Of a stretch of DNA of 64,000 nucleotides, positions 29,438-39,738 are shown one piece after another. The notes below the pieces were generated by a model. It saw nothing but the letters and a program-made list of their open reading frames with translations, ran no database searches and was not told where the DNA came from. The stretch comes from a bacterium (lineage in GTDB: Bacteria; Zhuqueibacterota; Zhuqueibacteria; Oceanimicrobiales; Oceanimicrobiaceae). The DNA is taken from contig JBHHXN010000001.1 of the NCBI GenBank assembly GCA_046757025.1, positions 59,185-123,184 of the forward strand. The letters are read 5' to 3'. Position 1 is the stretch's first letter, and each line of letters begins with the position of its first letter. The position numbers were made by a program, and so were the translations under genes.

Positions 29438-31261
29438 ATGTTTAAACCGAAACAGTTATTAAAAATTCTGGTTGCGCTGTTGGTTGTTTGCGGCATTGCG
29501 GTTTTTTTAGCCTATCAAAACAAGTACTATGTCAAAAAATATATCAAGTCGCACAAAACTTTGTACACCGCTGCACAAAAAATTGCTGAGGTGAAATACA
29601 ATCTGACGCGCTCGCATAATAAAAAAGATACCGCAAATGGCCGTGTTCCGGACCTGAAAAAAAACAAACTGGACTGGCACTTGACTTTTGACGCGGCGCA
29701 GTCGCAGGGAAAGTATAAGCGATTCTGGGGCAATATCGGATACGAATCTTTTAAAAATGGAATTTTAAATGGCCCCAATCGCCAGTTATTTGAGATGATT
29801 CGGGATAGTAATTCGCGCTTAAAAGGGGCTTTTCGTTATCTTCGCGCACACAACCTGTTTAGCGATGGACAGCCGCCCTGGGGAGAAGGTTGTGTTAAAG
29901 TCAGTCTGGACGCTGCGGGTAACCTCCTTTGTGATTGGACAACCGCAGATCGTGTATTTGATACGATTCTGAAATTGGGCATGCGTCCCATAGTGGAATT
30001 TGGATTTATGCCGGATATCCTGGCTTCGATTCCTGAACGACGGCAGAAATGGGGAAGAGCTAACATCTCGCCTCCCAATGACTACGTAAAATGGCAAGAA
30101 CTGGTGCACAAAACGGTTAAGCATCTAGTAAACCGTTATGGGGAAGAAGAAATTAGTAACTGGTATTTTGAAGTTTGGAACGAACCGGACCTTGGCTATC
30201 TTTTCTGGGTAGAAGATGCGGAAAATAAACCGTGGGGTGATTTTAAAGAATATTTGAAGCTGTACGATCACACGGTTTATGGAGCTAAAACCGCCTGCCC
30301 GAGTATCAGAATTGGAGGGCCGGCCAGCGCGGGCGGATTCCTTGACAATCTTCTGGAACACGTGCTGCTGGAGGATAGCCACACGGAGGCGCTTAATGCT
30401 TCCCGTATCGATTTTGTGTCCAGCCACTCGTACGGTTACGTCACCGAAAAAAACCGCAAAGGGATGAACATTAAAAAAGCCGTGAAATGGAAGCTTGACC
30501 GTGTGCTTGAACACGATCATTCCATGGTGCGTGAGAAAATGAAGGCGTTGCCTTTTCTTTTGACGGAGACCGGTTTCGGTGCACAAAAAAAAGGCAAATT
30601 CAACAACAACCGCTTTACTGCCGCATGGCTGGTGAAATTGGTGTCAATGCTATTTGACATGGGTGACAACGCCGGCAAGCAATATCGACCCACTGAATTC
30701 GTTTATTGGTCGGACCAACAAGTGCAAAAAGATTTTGAATCCCAGCGTGGTATCGCCGTCAGTTTGAAATCGAAACAAGGCCGGAAAGTTTTCAAACGAC
30801 CGATTTACAATGCTTTTGAAATGCTAGGGCATCTTTCTGATGAGCGAATCACCCTGATGCAGGGTGCGCGTTTAGGGGATCCCGTTTTCGCGGTGGCCAC
30901 CAAGAATGCCAGCCAGTCTGTCGAAATTTTGTTGTATCATCTGAACGAACGTGACGAGTCAAATGCCCGTTCGGATTCTCTGGTTGTTAGTTTTACCGTA
31001 CTAAACTTACCATTCCAGCGATTTCAGGTGCGTCACTATCTAATCGATGAGATGCATTCCAATGTTTACACTGCCTGGAAAAACTTGCAGCGACCGAAAA
31101 TGATTAGTCAAGCTCAAATGCGAAAATTGGCGGCTTCCGATGATCTCGAATATGCTCAGCCACCCTGGCATGAAAATTCAAATGATCAGTCATTTACATA
31201 TCAATTTAAACTACAACCCAACAGCGTGGCATTATTTGTTCTCACAAATTTTGAATCTTAA
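29438..31261 (+). CDS. GH39-like glycoside hydrolase (beta-xylosidase / alpha-L-iduronidase family) with N-terminal TM anchor
   Basis: 'FEVWNEPDL' (acid/base Glu in NEP) and 'LLTETGFG' (nucleophile Glu) motifs; N-terminal hydrophobic anchor. Confidence 0.6.
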   Translation: MFKPKQLLKILVALLVVCGIAVFLAYQNKYYVKKYIKSHKTLYTAAQKIAEVKYNLTRSHNKKDTANGRVPDLKKNKLDWHLTFDAAQSQGKYKRFWGNIGYESFKNGILNGPNRQLFEMIRDSNSRLKGAFRYLRAHNLFSDGQPPWGEGCVKVSLDAAGNLLCDWTTADRVFDTILKLGMRPIVEFGFMPDILASIPERRQKWGRANISPPNDYVKWQELVHKTVKHLVNRYGEEEISNWYFEVWNEPDLGYLFWVEDAENKPWGDFKEYLKLYDHTVYGAKTACPSIRIGGPASAGGFLDNLLEHVLLEDSHTEALNASRIDFVSSHSYGYVTEKNRKGMNIKKAVKWKLDRVLEHDHSMVREKMKALPFLLTETGFGAQKKGKFNNNRFTAAWLVKLVSMLFDMGDNAGKQYRPTEFVYWSDQQVQKDFESQRGIAVSLKSKQGRKVFKRPIYNAFEMLGHLSDERITLMQGARLGDPVFAVATKNASQSVEILLYHLNERDESNARSDSLVVSFTVLNLPFQRFQVRHYLIDEMHSNVYTAWKNLQRPKMISQAQMRKLAASDDLEYAQPPWHENSNDQSFTYQFKLQPNSVALFVLTNFES

Positions 31262-31356
31262 ATATTAAAAATGATAAATATATGACGATAAATAAATGGA
31301 CAATGGTCAATTAAATAATATATTTAGAATACTGCAGGAATTAAGGAGCGATTGAA

Positions 31357-33090
31357 ATGTGCGTTTTGTCTTTTAGTCAAGAACACGATGCCGGTGCGGC
31401 CATTATTGAGAATGGCAAGATTTTAGCTGCGATAAATGAAGAAAGACTCACACGGGTAAAGGGTCAAAGTGGTTTTCCCATCAAATCCATCGAAGAAGTT
31501 TTGCGGCTGGCCGGAAAAACTCATGAAGATGTGAAACACGTGGTCATTCCGGAGATCAGCAAATTTGTGGATGTGGTTAAAAACGTCACCAAATACCCTG
31601 TCACCGTACTGCCCTTTAGAAAAGGCAGCGATATCGGTTTTGTGGATTTTATCAAGCATATTTTGTATTCCAGTTACATCATTTTTCAAACGTATCCCAG
31701 AGTATTGATCAATCACTATCTCGATATTCGAATGTTGAAGCGATTGTTCCCGCAGGCGGAATTTCATCGGGTGGAGCACCATGTGTGCCACGCGGCTTCG
31801 GCTTTTCATACTTCGGGCTATGAAAAAGCACTCATCATCACCGCCGATTACTGGGGCGATTTTGTATGCAACATGGTGTCCATTGGTGAAGGCAAAAAAA
31901 TTAAAGTGGTTTCGAGAAGCTGGTATCCGAATTCAATCGGTCATTACTATGCCAATTTAACCACGTGGATGGGCTTTAAAGCCAATCGTCATGAAGGGAA
32001 AATACTGGGACTGGCGGCCTATGGCAACGCCGAATCTCCTGCGTATGACAAAATTAAAGATATGCTGAAAGTGAAGGGTTTGAAACTGTACTGTCCTTTC
32101 ATGATTGGAAAGATGTGGCACAAAAAATTTCCTTTCTTTAAAAATTCTTTGATGCGCCAACTGCAAGCGGACTATTCGCGCGAAGATATTGCCGCGGTTT
32201 TCCAGCGCCGGTTAGAGGAAGTATTTGTTGAGCTGGCAACAAACGCCTATGAAAAATATAAAATTGAAAACCTGGTGGTCGCCGGCGGTACTTTTAGCAA
32301 CGTGAAATTAAATCAACGACTGTTTGAGATACCAGGCATCAACAACATTTACGTTTTCCCGAACATGACGGACGGCGGCATTTCGGTGGGGGCGGCACTG
32401 CACTATGATATCACCACCAACGGCAGTTTGGGCAGCCCGGTGCAGGATATGTATTTCGGCCCCGAATATTCAAAAGAAGAAATTGAGACCGAGCTGAAAA
32501 AAGCCCAGTTAAATTATGAATATTTCGATAATATCGAAGAAAAAATCGCTCAACTCTTGGCGGATAACAAAGTCGTGGCCCGTTTTAATGGCAAAATGGA
32601 GTACGGTCCCCGTGCGCTGGGGAACCGTTCTATTTTATATGCTGCCACGGATCCAACCGTGAATGACTGGTTGAACAAAAAATTAGGACGCACAGAATTT
32701 ATGCCTTTTGCGCCCGTAACCCTTGCGGAATACGCCGATAAATGTTATGTTAATCTGAAAGGCGCCGACTACCCGGCAAAATTTATGACCATTACCTTCG
32801 ATTGCACCGATTACATGAAAAAGGCATCGCCGGCGACGGTACACGTGGATGGCACCGCCCGGCCCCAGCTCATCGATGAACAAACCAATCCCAGCTATTA
32901 TGGCATTTTAAAAGAATACCATAAAATTACCGGCATCCCGACGATTGTCAACACCAGCTTTAATATGCACGAGGAACCCATCGTCTGCACACCGAACGAC
33001 GCCATCCGATCGTTTCAATGCGGACATCTGGAATACCTCGCCATCGGAAATTTTTTGGTGACGAACGATTCGCTGCAGAATAAACCATAG
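31357..33090 (+). CDS. NodU/CmcH-family O-carbamoyltransferase, second copy
   Basis: Carbamoyltransferase N- and C-domains ('EHHVCHAASAF' metal-binding region); paralog of the 16238 gene. Confidence 0.85.
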   Translation: MCVLSFSQEHDAGAAIIENGKILAAINEERLTRVKGQSGFPIKSIEEVLRLAGKTHEDVKHVVIPEISKFVDVVKNVTKYPVTVLPFRKGSDIGFVDFIKHILYSSYIIFQTYPRVLINHYLDIRMLKRLFPQAEFHRVEHHVCHAASAFHTSGYEKALIITADYWGDFVCNMVSIGEGKKIKVVSRSWYPNSIGHYYANLTTWMGFKANRHEGKILGLAAYGNAESPAYDKIKDMLKVKGLKLYCPFMIGKMWHKKFPFFKNSLMRQLQADYSREDIAAVFQRRLEEVFVELATNAYEKYKIENLVVAGGTFSNVKLNQRLFEIPGINNIYVFPNMTDGGISVGAALHYDITTNGSLGSPVQDMYFGPEYSKEEIETELKKAQLNYEYFDNIEEKIAQLLADNKVVARFNGKMEYGPRALGNRSILYAATDPTVNDWLNKKLGRTEFMPFAPVTLAEYADKCYVNLKGADYPAKFMTITFDCTDYMKKASPATVHVDGTARPQLIDEQTNPSYYGILKEYHKITGIPTIVNTSFNMHEEPIVCTPNDAIRSFQCGHLEYLAIGNFLVTNDSLQNKP

Positions 33091-33119
33091 GGAATAATAG
33101 AGAGATTGTTTGCTAATTA

Positions 33120-33175
33120 AAGCACAATTTATTAAAGGAACCTGTTTCGTTGTCAATAAATTGTGCTTCTTGTTT
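33120..33175 (+). terminator. Putative rho-independent terminator
   Basis: 14-bp stem aagcacaatttatt / aataaattgtgctt followed by cttgttt. Confidence 0.45.
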
Positions 33176-33275
33176 AATAGATTTTGTGGATGGAGAGAAA
33201 TTAAGAATAATCAGGCTTCTGCAAAAAAAGGTGTTCAACCTTTAGAGCCTGTGTGAAAAGTCAACTTCCGGGCTT

Positions 33276-33373
33276 TTGTCATTCCCCGCTTTGCGGGACA
33301 GGCAGGAGGAATCTTTTTAGTTTTGAAGTAAAGTGTTGTTTATTAAAAAGATCTCGCGGTTGCGGGATGACAA
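33276..33373. repeat. Intergenic palindromic repeat element, copy C (TTGTCATTCCCCGC...GCGGGATGACAA)
   Basis: Terminal inverted repeats with internal CCCGC/GCGGG and AGGCAGGAGGAATC segments. Confidence 0.55.
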
Positions 33374-33495
33374 TAATGGCACATTGGGTTTTTAGCTGCG
33401 ATATCACTTTTTCACACAGACTCTTTAGGTTGAAGCACCTCAACTAAATTTCATTTTGCGGATTTCTAAAGAGTAATTTTATAAGGAGGATTATA

Positions 33496-35298
33496 ATGAA
33501 CAAGTGTGTTTTTTTGATTCAAAGGTTCGACAATTACTGGCTAAAAATATTGATTTTTTCACTGTTGGCAGTTTGTCTGTTGACCCAAACCGCTCAAAGT
33601 CAGAGCACACACACCTTTCCACGGATTGCGGTACAGCATTTTGGCAAAGCGCCTCCGGACTGGTATGCGAGATTTGACATGGTCATCGTTCCACGTGCGA
33701 ATGCGAGCGAAGCCCGCAGCATCAAGGCGCTGAACCCAAACTGCTACGTGATTTTTACGGATGAGTGGTCTTCAAACACCAAAGGCATGAAACGAAGAAA
33801 TCAGCTTCCAGATGCCTGGCTGGCGCGGGATTCAAAAGGAAACATCATCGATCTAAGCTGGGGCAAACTCATCGATATGTCCATACTTTGCCCCAAAGTA
33901 AAAGGAAAGGCCTATTATGAAGATCATCCGCAATGGCTGGTGAACTACACCGACCTCAGCGTGTTTGATGGCATTGGCAGCGACTGGTGCTGGGGTAAGC
34001 CGCACGGAATCAAAGATATCGATTTGGATCGAAATGGGGTAAATGATTTTGATGAACATGGCAAAAATTGGGTTGAATCCAAATGGCTCGACGGCGTGTT
34101 AGCATTTATTGCCAATTTGAGAAAACATATTGGTCAGGACAAATTGATCTGGGTCAATTCCGGGCAATTCCAGAGATGGGGATGGGAGTATGCGAATGGC
34201 CTGGAATTAGAACGCTATTCCGGCATTTTAGGTTGGGATTTCTACATTCGCACCTACAAGAATTTTATGAAGCAAGCGCCTAAACCTCAGATTTTGTTGA
34301 TGGATGTGCGACCGTGGGGTAGCGATAACAATTTAGTTCGACCGACGAAAAATTATTTAAAATTGATGCGGTTCATGTTAACAGCCACGTTACTCGGCGA
34401 TGGTTATTTCAATTTTAATCCTGTGGAAGCGGGGGAACATCACTATCACAGCTACTATGATGAATTCGATGTGAATTTAGGCTATCCCACTTCCGAAGCC
34501 CTGGAATTGTCCAACGGCTGTTGGGTGCGTTTTTATGATAACGGCGTGTCCATCACCAATCCCACCGGACGGACCAAAGTGGTGGATGATGGGGCTTTGC
34601 GCTCGGTCTCCGGCTACGACGGTCCCTATTATCGTTTTTTGGGAGGCCAGGATCCGCAATTTAATAACGGACAAAAATTCACCAGCGTCGAGCTGTTTGG
34701 GACCAGTCAGAGAAAGGGTGGCCAGGACCTCATCACCGGTGATGGGATTATTTTGCTAAGAGAGCAAAAAATCGTGATTGCAGACATCATCATTGATAAC
34801 CTGGAATTTAATACCACGCCTACTCAGAAGCCAGCAAAATTTGTGGGAAATTGGCAGCAAGTTGACCAGGGAAGAGATTATTTCGCACAGAACAATCGAA
34901 GTCGCGAGAACTGGTATCCCCATGCTTATATTAACGGTGGCAACGGTTCACAGACGGCTACATTTAAACCTAACATCCGGGTACCAGGCGAATACGAAGT
35001 GCTTGAATGGCATGGTTACATAATTGAGAACCAGATGGCGCAGGATGTCACATACACCATCTATCATAAAAATGGCCAGAAAGTAGTAAAAGTGGATCAA
35101 AGTAAAAACCAGGGCCGCTGGAACAGTTTGGGTGTTTATTCATTTGATAATGGTCAATCCGGTAAAGTCGTGATTTCAAACAAAGCGAATGGCTTGGTCG
35201 TGGCGGATGCCATTACTTTTCGGTATAACGCTGGCGGTAAGCGTGTTGAAGTACCCGCACCGCCTACTGGAGTGAAAGTCGAAGTTTCAGCAAATTAA
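33496..35298 (+). CDS. Secreted protein with putative TIM-barrel glycoside-hydrolase-like N-domain and C-terminal beta-sandwich domain
   Basis: Signal peptide '...LLTQTAQSQS' and AAGGAGG RBS; weak family resemblance only. Confidence 0.35.
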   Translation: MNKCVFLIQRFDNYWLKILIFSLLAVCLLTQTAQSQSTHTFPRIAVQHFGKAPPDWYARFDMVIVPRANASEARSIKALNPNCYVIFTDEWSSNTKGMKRRNQLPDAWLARDSKGNIIDLSWGKLIDMSILCPKVKGKAYYEDHPQWLVNYTDLSVFDGIGSDWCWGKPHGIKDIDLDRNGVNDFDEHGKNWVESKWLDGVLAFIANLRKHIGQDKLIWVNSGQFQRWGWEYANGLELERYSGILGWDFYIRTYKNFMKQAPKPQILLMDVRPWGSDNNLVRPTKNYLKLMRFMLTATLLGDGYFNFNPVEAGEHHYHSYYDEFDVNLGYPTSEALELSNGCWVRFYDNGVSITNPTGRTKVVDDGALRSVSGYDGPYYRFLGGQDPQFNNGQKFTSVELFGTSQRKGGQDLITGDGIILLREQKIVIADIIIDNLEFNTTPTQKPAKFVGNWQQVDQGRDYFAQNNRSRENWYPHAYINGGNGSQTATFKPNIRVPGEYEVLEWHGYIIENQMAQDVTYTIYHKNGQKVVKVDQSKNQGRWNSLGVYSFDNGQSGKVVISNKANGLVVADAITFRYNAGGKRVEVPAPPTGVKVEVSAN

Positions 35299-35331
35299 AG
35301 CAACAAACTGATCAGGAGAATCGAGTAGATC

Positions 35332-37200
35332 ATGGCAACTTCCACGAATTTCAACTTCTGGCATCAATTGAAAATCACTTTGTGGTGGGGCTTGTTGATC
35401 GGCCTGCTCGCCGGCGCCGGAATTGCTTTATACGAAACTTGGTTTGCAAACTACTATATTCAAAAAGGATTGAGTGTTTTTGTTCTGGTAATTTTCTCAA
35501 AGAAAATATTAGCCTCGACCGGCGTTGCTTTCGTTTCTTTGCTGATTTTAGGCCTGGGCGTTTCGGGGTTCAGCCGTTGGTTCCTGGACATTCGAAACCC
35601 CGCCGCGGCCCGCCTCTCTTTGATTGCCGGCAGCCTCGTCCTGCTCATCGGCGGTTACTTTCTCAACAAATCTGAGTGGTTTCCCGCCATTTTATCTTTG
35701 CAGGGGATACTGGGGAATTTTGTCTTTTCCCTGGTGTGCGCCGGGTTGATGGTGGCTATGTATAAATTCCTGCTCAAAACTCAAATTGTCATCCCGGTGC
35801 CCGGTAAGAAGTTAGTCGGCAAATTGTACGGCAATATCAGCCTGTTCATTTTTGTGGCCGTTTTTCTGCTCTTCAATTTGTTTGCATACTGGCGGATTTC
35901 AACCCAGAAACCGGCAAATATCAATTTGGTTTTCATCACCATCGATACTTTGCGCGCCGACCGTCTGGGGTGTTACGGTTATGAACGCGATACCAGTCCG
36001 ACTATAGATAAATTAGCGAGCGCCGGCGCCCGGTTTTCACGGGTTTACGCGCAACAGGGATTGACCTGGCCGTCTTTGACTTCGATAATGACGGCCATGT
36101 ATCCTAAAACTCACGGCGTTTTGAAAAACCAGTGGCCGCTGCACGGCAAGCATATCACTTTAGCTGAAATACTTAAGAACGCAGGTTACAAAACCGGCGC
36201 TTTCGTGGCCAACTATTACTACGCACCCAATCGCGGCTTTGACGTCAAAAAAGGGGGGGAAATCGGCAATCTGGATAAAAGCGTCACCCGAGATGCGTTG
36301 GAATGGTTGAACAAAATCGAGCCAGCCGAAGACAATTTTTTTATGTGGGTACACTACAAAAACCCGCATGATCCTTATACGCCGCCTAAACCGTTCACGC
36401 ATTATTTTGATTCTACTTACACCGGTCAATACGATGGCAGCCGGCCAGTGTTGGACTCGATTTTCGTGAATAAGATAGAATTGCCAGAGCGGGATCTGGC
36501 CCACATCAACGCGCTGTACGATGCCGAAATCCGCTCCACCGACAGTTACCTGGCCCGCCTGCTCGACAAGCTCGAGGAGATGGGGGTGTCGGAAAAGACC
36601 CTGATCGTTTTTAGCGCGGACCACGGGGAAGAGTTGTATGAGCACAACGCCTATTTTTTTCACGGCTGTTCCATGTATGAAGGCGTGCTGCACATCCCGC
36701 TGATCTTCAAGTACCCGGGCGTGGTGCCGGCCGGCAAGGTCGTGGACAATCAAATTGAAAGCATCGACATCATCCCGACGATTCTGGAATTGCTCAAAGT
36801 ACCGTTGCGCCCGGAATTTGAAGGCCGCAGCGCGTTAACAATGCTTTTTGAAGGAAGCAATGGCGATTGGCGGGCGGCTTTTGGGCAGCGCTCTTCAGCG
36901 ATTTTTTCAATTCGGACGCCGGAGTGGAAATACATTTACAACCCGGACAATTACCATACTTTCTGTTCCCGCAGCGACGCGGATCAGGGAGATGGGTATA
37001 TTATCGCACCAGAAGAACTTTACGATCTAAAAAACGATCCGAGAGAGCAAAATAATCTGGTGGAGTTGTATCCAGATATCGCCAGAGATTTGCGCGGTCA
37101 AATAATCCAGTGGCTCAACACGAACAGACAGACACACAAAGAGCAAAAGCTCACCAAAGCCGCCGAAGAACGGCTGCGGGCTTTGGGGTATATTAAATAG
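35332..37200 (+). CDS. Membrane-anchored sulfatase-fold (PF00884-like) enzyme of LtaS/EptA architecture; Thr at the formylglycine position, so not a true sulfatase
   Basis: N-terminal 4-5 TM helices and 'NLVFITIDTLRADRLGCYGY'. The nucleophile region 'TWPSL...TAMYP' aligns to the sulfatase CxPSR...TG motif with Cys replaced by Thr and Arg by Leu. Ends with ...EERLRALGYIK. Confidence 0.7.
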   Translation: MATSTNFNFWHQLKITLWWGLLIGLLAGAGIALYETWFANYYIQKGLSVFVLVIFSKKILASTGVAFVSLLILGLGVSGFSRWFLDIRNPAAARLSLIAGSLVLLIGGYFLNKSEWFPAILSLQGILGNFVFSLVCAGLMVAMYKFLLKTQIVIPVPGKKLVGKLYGNISLFIFVAVFLLFNLFAYWRISTQKPANINLVFITIDTLRADRLGCYGYERDTSPTIDKLASAGARFSRVYAQQGLTWPSLTSIMTAMYPKTHGVLKNQWPLHGKHITLAEILKNAGYKTGAFVANYYYAPNRGFDVKKGGEIGNLDKSVTRDALEWLNKIEPAEDNFFMWVHYKNPHDPYTPPKPFTHYFDSTYTGQYDGSRPVLDSIFVNKIELPERDLAHINALYDAEIRSTDSYLARLLDKLEEMGVSEKTLIVFSADHGEELYEHNAYFFHGCSMYEGVLHIPLIFKYPGVVPAGKVVDNQIESIDIIPTILELLKVPLRPEFEGRSALTMLFEGSNGDWRAAFGQRSSAIFSIRTPEWKYIYNPDNYHTFCSRSDADQGDGYIIAPEELYDLKNDPREQNNLVELYPDIARDLRGQIIQWLNTNRQTHKEQKLTKAAEERLRALGYIK

Positions 37201-37223
37201 TGATTGAACGAAAAGTCCCCATT

Positions 37224-37259
37224 TTGTCATTCTGAGGAGCGCAGCGACGAAGAATCTCA
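37224..37259. repeat. Partial copy D of the palindromic repeat family (TTGTCATTCTGAGGAGCGCAGCGACGAAGAATCTCA)
   Basis: Shares the GTCATTCTGAG start and the GAAGAATCTCA core with copies B and E. Confidence 0.4.
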
Positions 37260-37396
37260 TACAACCAAATTTTCGAAAATGCCAAAGGGATGAATTCGTA
37301 CAAAGGGTTCGTTTTCTGAACAAATTGACTCCATGGAAAAGATTCTTTGGTCGCAGAGTTTATCACTTCGACTCCATTGTGGGTGAAAAATATGGT

Positions 37397-37420
37397 CTTT
37401 TCGGTCAATTACTAAAATAG
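37397..37420 (+). promoter_or_regulatory. Conserved box TTTTCGGTCAATTACTAAAATAG (copy 3 of 3)
   Basis: 31 nt upstream of the ATG at 37451; AGGAG RBS at 37441. Confidence 0.5.
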
Positions 37421-37450
37421 ATTTCACAAAGGATATTTTCAGGAGATTGA

Positions 37451-39592
37451 ATGGCCAAAAACTTTTCTGCTTCCATGCTACAGGGAATGTTGCTGGGGGT
37501 GTTTAGTGCACTCATTTTTTTCATTTTTGAATGGCTTTTAAGCTCGATTTATGCGGAAATAAGTGTTCGCACCTACCTTTTCTTTTTTCTTTTGTATTTA
37601 GCAACCGGGTTAATCGCTGGCGGGTTTGTCGGGAGTTTTCTCAAATTTATTTCGGATCGAATGCAAAAATTCGAATCGATTTTTCAGAATCCCAATCTGC
37701 TGCCGGCGGCGATTTTAAGCATATCATTTTTCCTGTATGGATTTTATTACCTCAATGAAAAAATCACTCCCGGGGTCGGGATATTTGCCCCCGTCAGTCT
37801 GGCAGCCAACTTGATTTATTTCCTGTTCACTCTGCTCATTTTTCGGATCGCACTGGGAGCGCCAACCAAAGATAGGCAGCCTTATTTTGCTTATTTGACC
37901 ATGGCCGTTTTACCCTTGAGCCTGCTGCTGGCTTGCAATTTTCGATTTTTTCTATGGCATGCTCCCGTGACTTTCAACCAGGAATTGTTCACCGCCACCT
38001 TTGGATTTGGATTCGTTGGTTTAATTGGAATCGGAATAAGCCGAACGCTGGTCTCCTTTGCTTCTATAAAGCAAGTAAATGTGATGAGCACTTTGGCAAG
38101 TACTGGTCTGGCGATTGTTTTTGTTGGTATCATCGCCTGGTCGGGTCGCCCATCCACTGCCAGCTATCAGATCCATGAAGTCAAAGCACCGTTGCAATCA
38201 CAATTGAAAAGTCCTAAAAACATCATCTGGATCGTCATGGATACGGCACGGCGAGATCACGTTTCAATTTACGGAGATGAGCGTAAACTGACTCCCAACA
38301 TCGACGCATTTGCGAAAGAGGCTTTAATTTTTAAGCGGGCAGTTTCTTCCGCTCCCTGGACCATTCCCTCACACGCTTCCATGTTTACCGGCATGTTTCC
38401 TTCCAAACATGCGGCCAATCGCGGCGTGCCCGGCGGCAAATTTACCAATCCGCTTTCACCAGAAAATCTCACCATTGCAGAAATCCTGCAAAGCCACGGT
38501 TACGACACCGCGTGCATGGCGGCCAATGTCGCAGGCTTGTCGAGAGAATTTGGCTTTTCTCAGGGCTTCAATTATTACTTTGACGGCCGACCGCTGGCGT
38601 TTCATCTGCTTTTTGGACATGCCCTGATGCGGGTGCCGAAATCGGTTCGAAAAAATATCCTCCGCACCAATGAAATTTGTTTGACTTCCGAAATGAACGG
38701 CATCGTTTTCGATTGGCTGGAACGCCGCTCAAAAGCACCCCCTTTTTTCCTGTTCATCAATCTCATGGAAGCTCACGATGGCATCGAGCACATACCCGAA
38801 CCCTATTATTCCATGTTGGGATACGATAAAGAAAAATTCGACGCCGTGCTAAAGAAAATCGATCAGAGGAAAGTGGTGCGTTTCGAACAAGAGATCACTG
38901 AAAAGGAGATTCGCATGCTTGAAACGGTGGTGGACCGGCGGGTGCATTATATGGATTTCCATATCGGTAAATTGCTTGAAAAATTAAAAAGCGAAGGGGT
39001 GTACGATGATGCTTTCATCATCATCACTTCTGATCACGGCGAGCTCAACGGCGAGCATCGTTCGTTCGGGCACAACACGGATTTATACAACGAGCTGATC
39101 TGGATTCCGTTGATCGTAAAATATCCTGGCAATTCGAATCAGGGATTTAGCGAGCAGACGGTACAGAATATCGATATTATGCCGGAATTGCTGCACAGTC
39201 TGGGCATCGAAATTCCCGAACAGGTGCAGGGCCAGCCGTTTGCGGAAGTGACGCACGATATCATCGCGGAACTGTTTGAACAGAAAAAGGCGCAGGCGTT
39301 ACTTTATCCCGAACGTTACTTTCGTGACTTGCGCGCCATTTTCAAAAACGTCGATGGCGATTCGCTAAAGTACATCTGGTCCTCCAACGGCAAGGATGAG
39401 CTTTACGACATGTCCTCGGATGTGAATGAGTCAATCAATCTGGTAGAACAAAAACCCGAAGTGGTTACGCATTTGGATAAATATTTAAGCGATTGGTTGA
39501 ATAGTTTTGAGCCGGTAAAAGCTGGTAAAGGTGAAATGAAATATACCAAAGAGATTGAAGAGCGGCTGCGCTCGCTGGGTTATTTGAAATGA
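37451..39592 (+). CDS. Membrane-anchored sulfatase-fold (LtaS/EptA-like) enzyme, Thr-nucleophile variant
   Basis: Multi-TM N-terminal half (about 230 aa), then 'IIWIVMDTARRDHVSIYG'. 'WTIPSHASMFTG' aligns to CTPSRxxxxTG with Cys replaced by Thr and Arg by His. Ends with ...EIEERLRSLGYLK. Confidence 0.7.
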   Translation: MAKNFSASMLQGMLLGVFSALIFFIFEWLLSSIYAEISVRTYLFFFLLYLATGLIAGGFVGSFLKFISDRMQKFESIFQNPNLLPAAILSISFFLYGFYYLNEKITPGVGIFAPVSLAANLIYFLFTLLIFRIALGAPTKDRQPYFAYLTMAVLPLSLLLACNFRFFLWHAPVTFNQELFTATFGFGFVGLIGIGISRTLVSFASIKQVNVMSTLASTGLAIVFVGIIAWSGRPSTASYQIHEVKAPLQSQLKSPKNIIWIVMDTARRDHVSIYGDERKLTPNIDAFAKEALIFKRAVSSAPWTIPSHASMFTGMFPSKHAANRGVPGGKFTNPLSPENLTIAEILQSHGYDTACMAANVAGLSREFGFSQGFNYYFDGRPLAFHLLFGHALMRVPKSVRKNILRTNEICLTSEMNGIVFDWLERRSKAPPFFLFINLMEAHDGIEHIPEPYYSMLGYDKEKFDAVLKKIDQRKVVRFEQEITEKEIRMLETVVDRRVHYMDFHIGKLLEKLKSEGVYDDAFIIITSDHGELNGEHRSFGHNTDLYNELIWIPLIVKYPGNSNQGFSEQTVQNIDIMPELLHSLGIEIPEQVQGQPFAEVTHDIIAELFEQKKAQALLYPERYFRDLRAIFKNVDGDSLKYIWSSNGKDELYDMSSDVNESINLVEQKPEVVTHLDKYLSDWLNSFEPVKAGKGEMKYTKEIEERLRSLGYLK

Positions 39593-39604
39593 ATGTGAAA
39601 TTCT

Positions 39605-39676
39605 GCTGTTGGCTTTTGGCCGTTAGCATTTAGCAAAGATCAAGTTGCCAACAGCTAACAGCTAAAAGCCAACAGC
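39605..39676. repeat. Palindromic array of TTGGC-type heptamers: 4-5 forward units (GCTGTTG/GCTTTTG/GCCGTTA/GCATTTA) then 4 reverse units (AACAGCT/AACAGCT/AAAAGCC/AACAGCC)
   Basis: 23-nt arms match at 21 of 23 positions as an inverted repeat; the same heptamer family as at 15843. Could act as a terminator or operator. Confidence 0.55.
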
Positions 39677-39738
39677 CACGGCTCAATAGTTACAAATAAA
39701 CATTGAATAATTAAGAAAGAAATCCGACAAGATAAGCT

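Noticed and set aside
33376..33396. Possible sigma-54 promoter at 'TGGCACattggGTTTTT'
   Set aside because: The -12 element TTGCW is missing at the correct spacing; the match is to the -24 half only.
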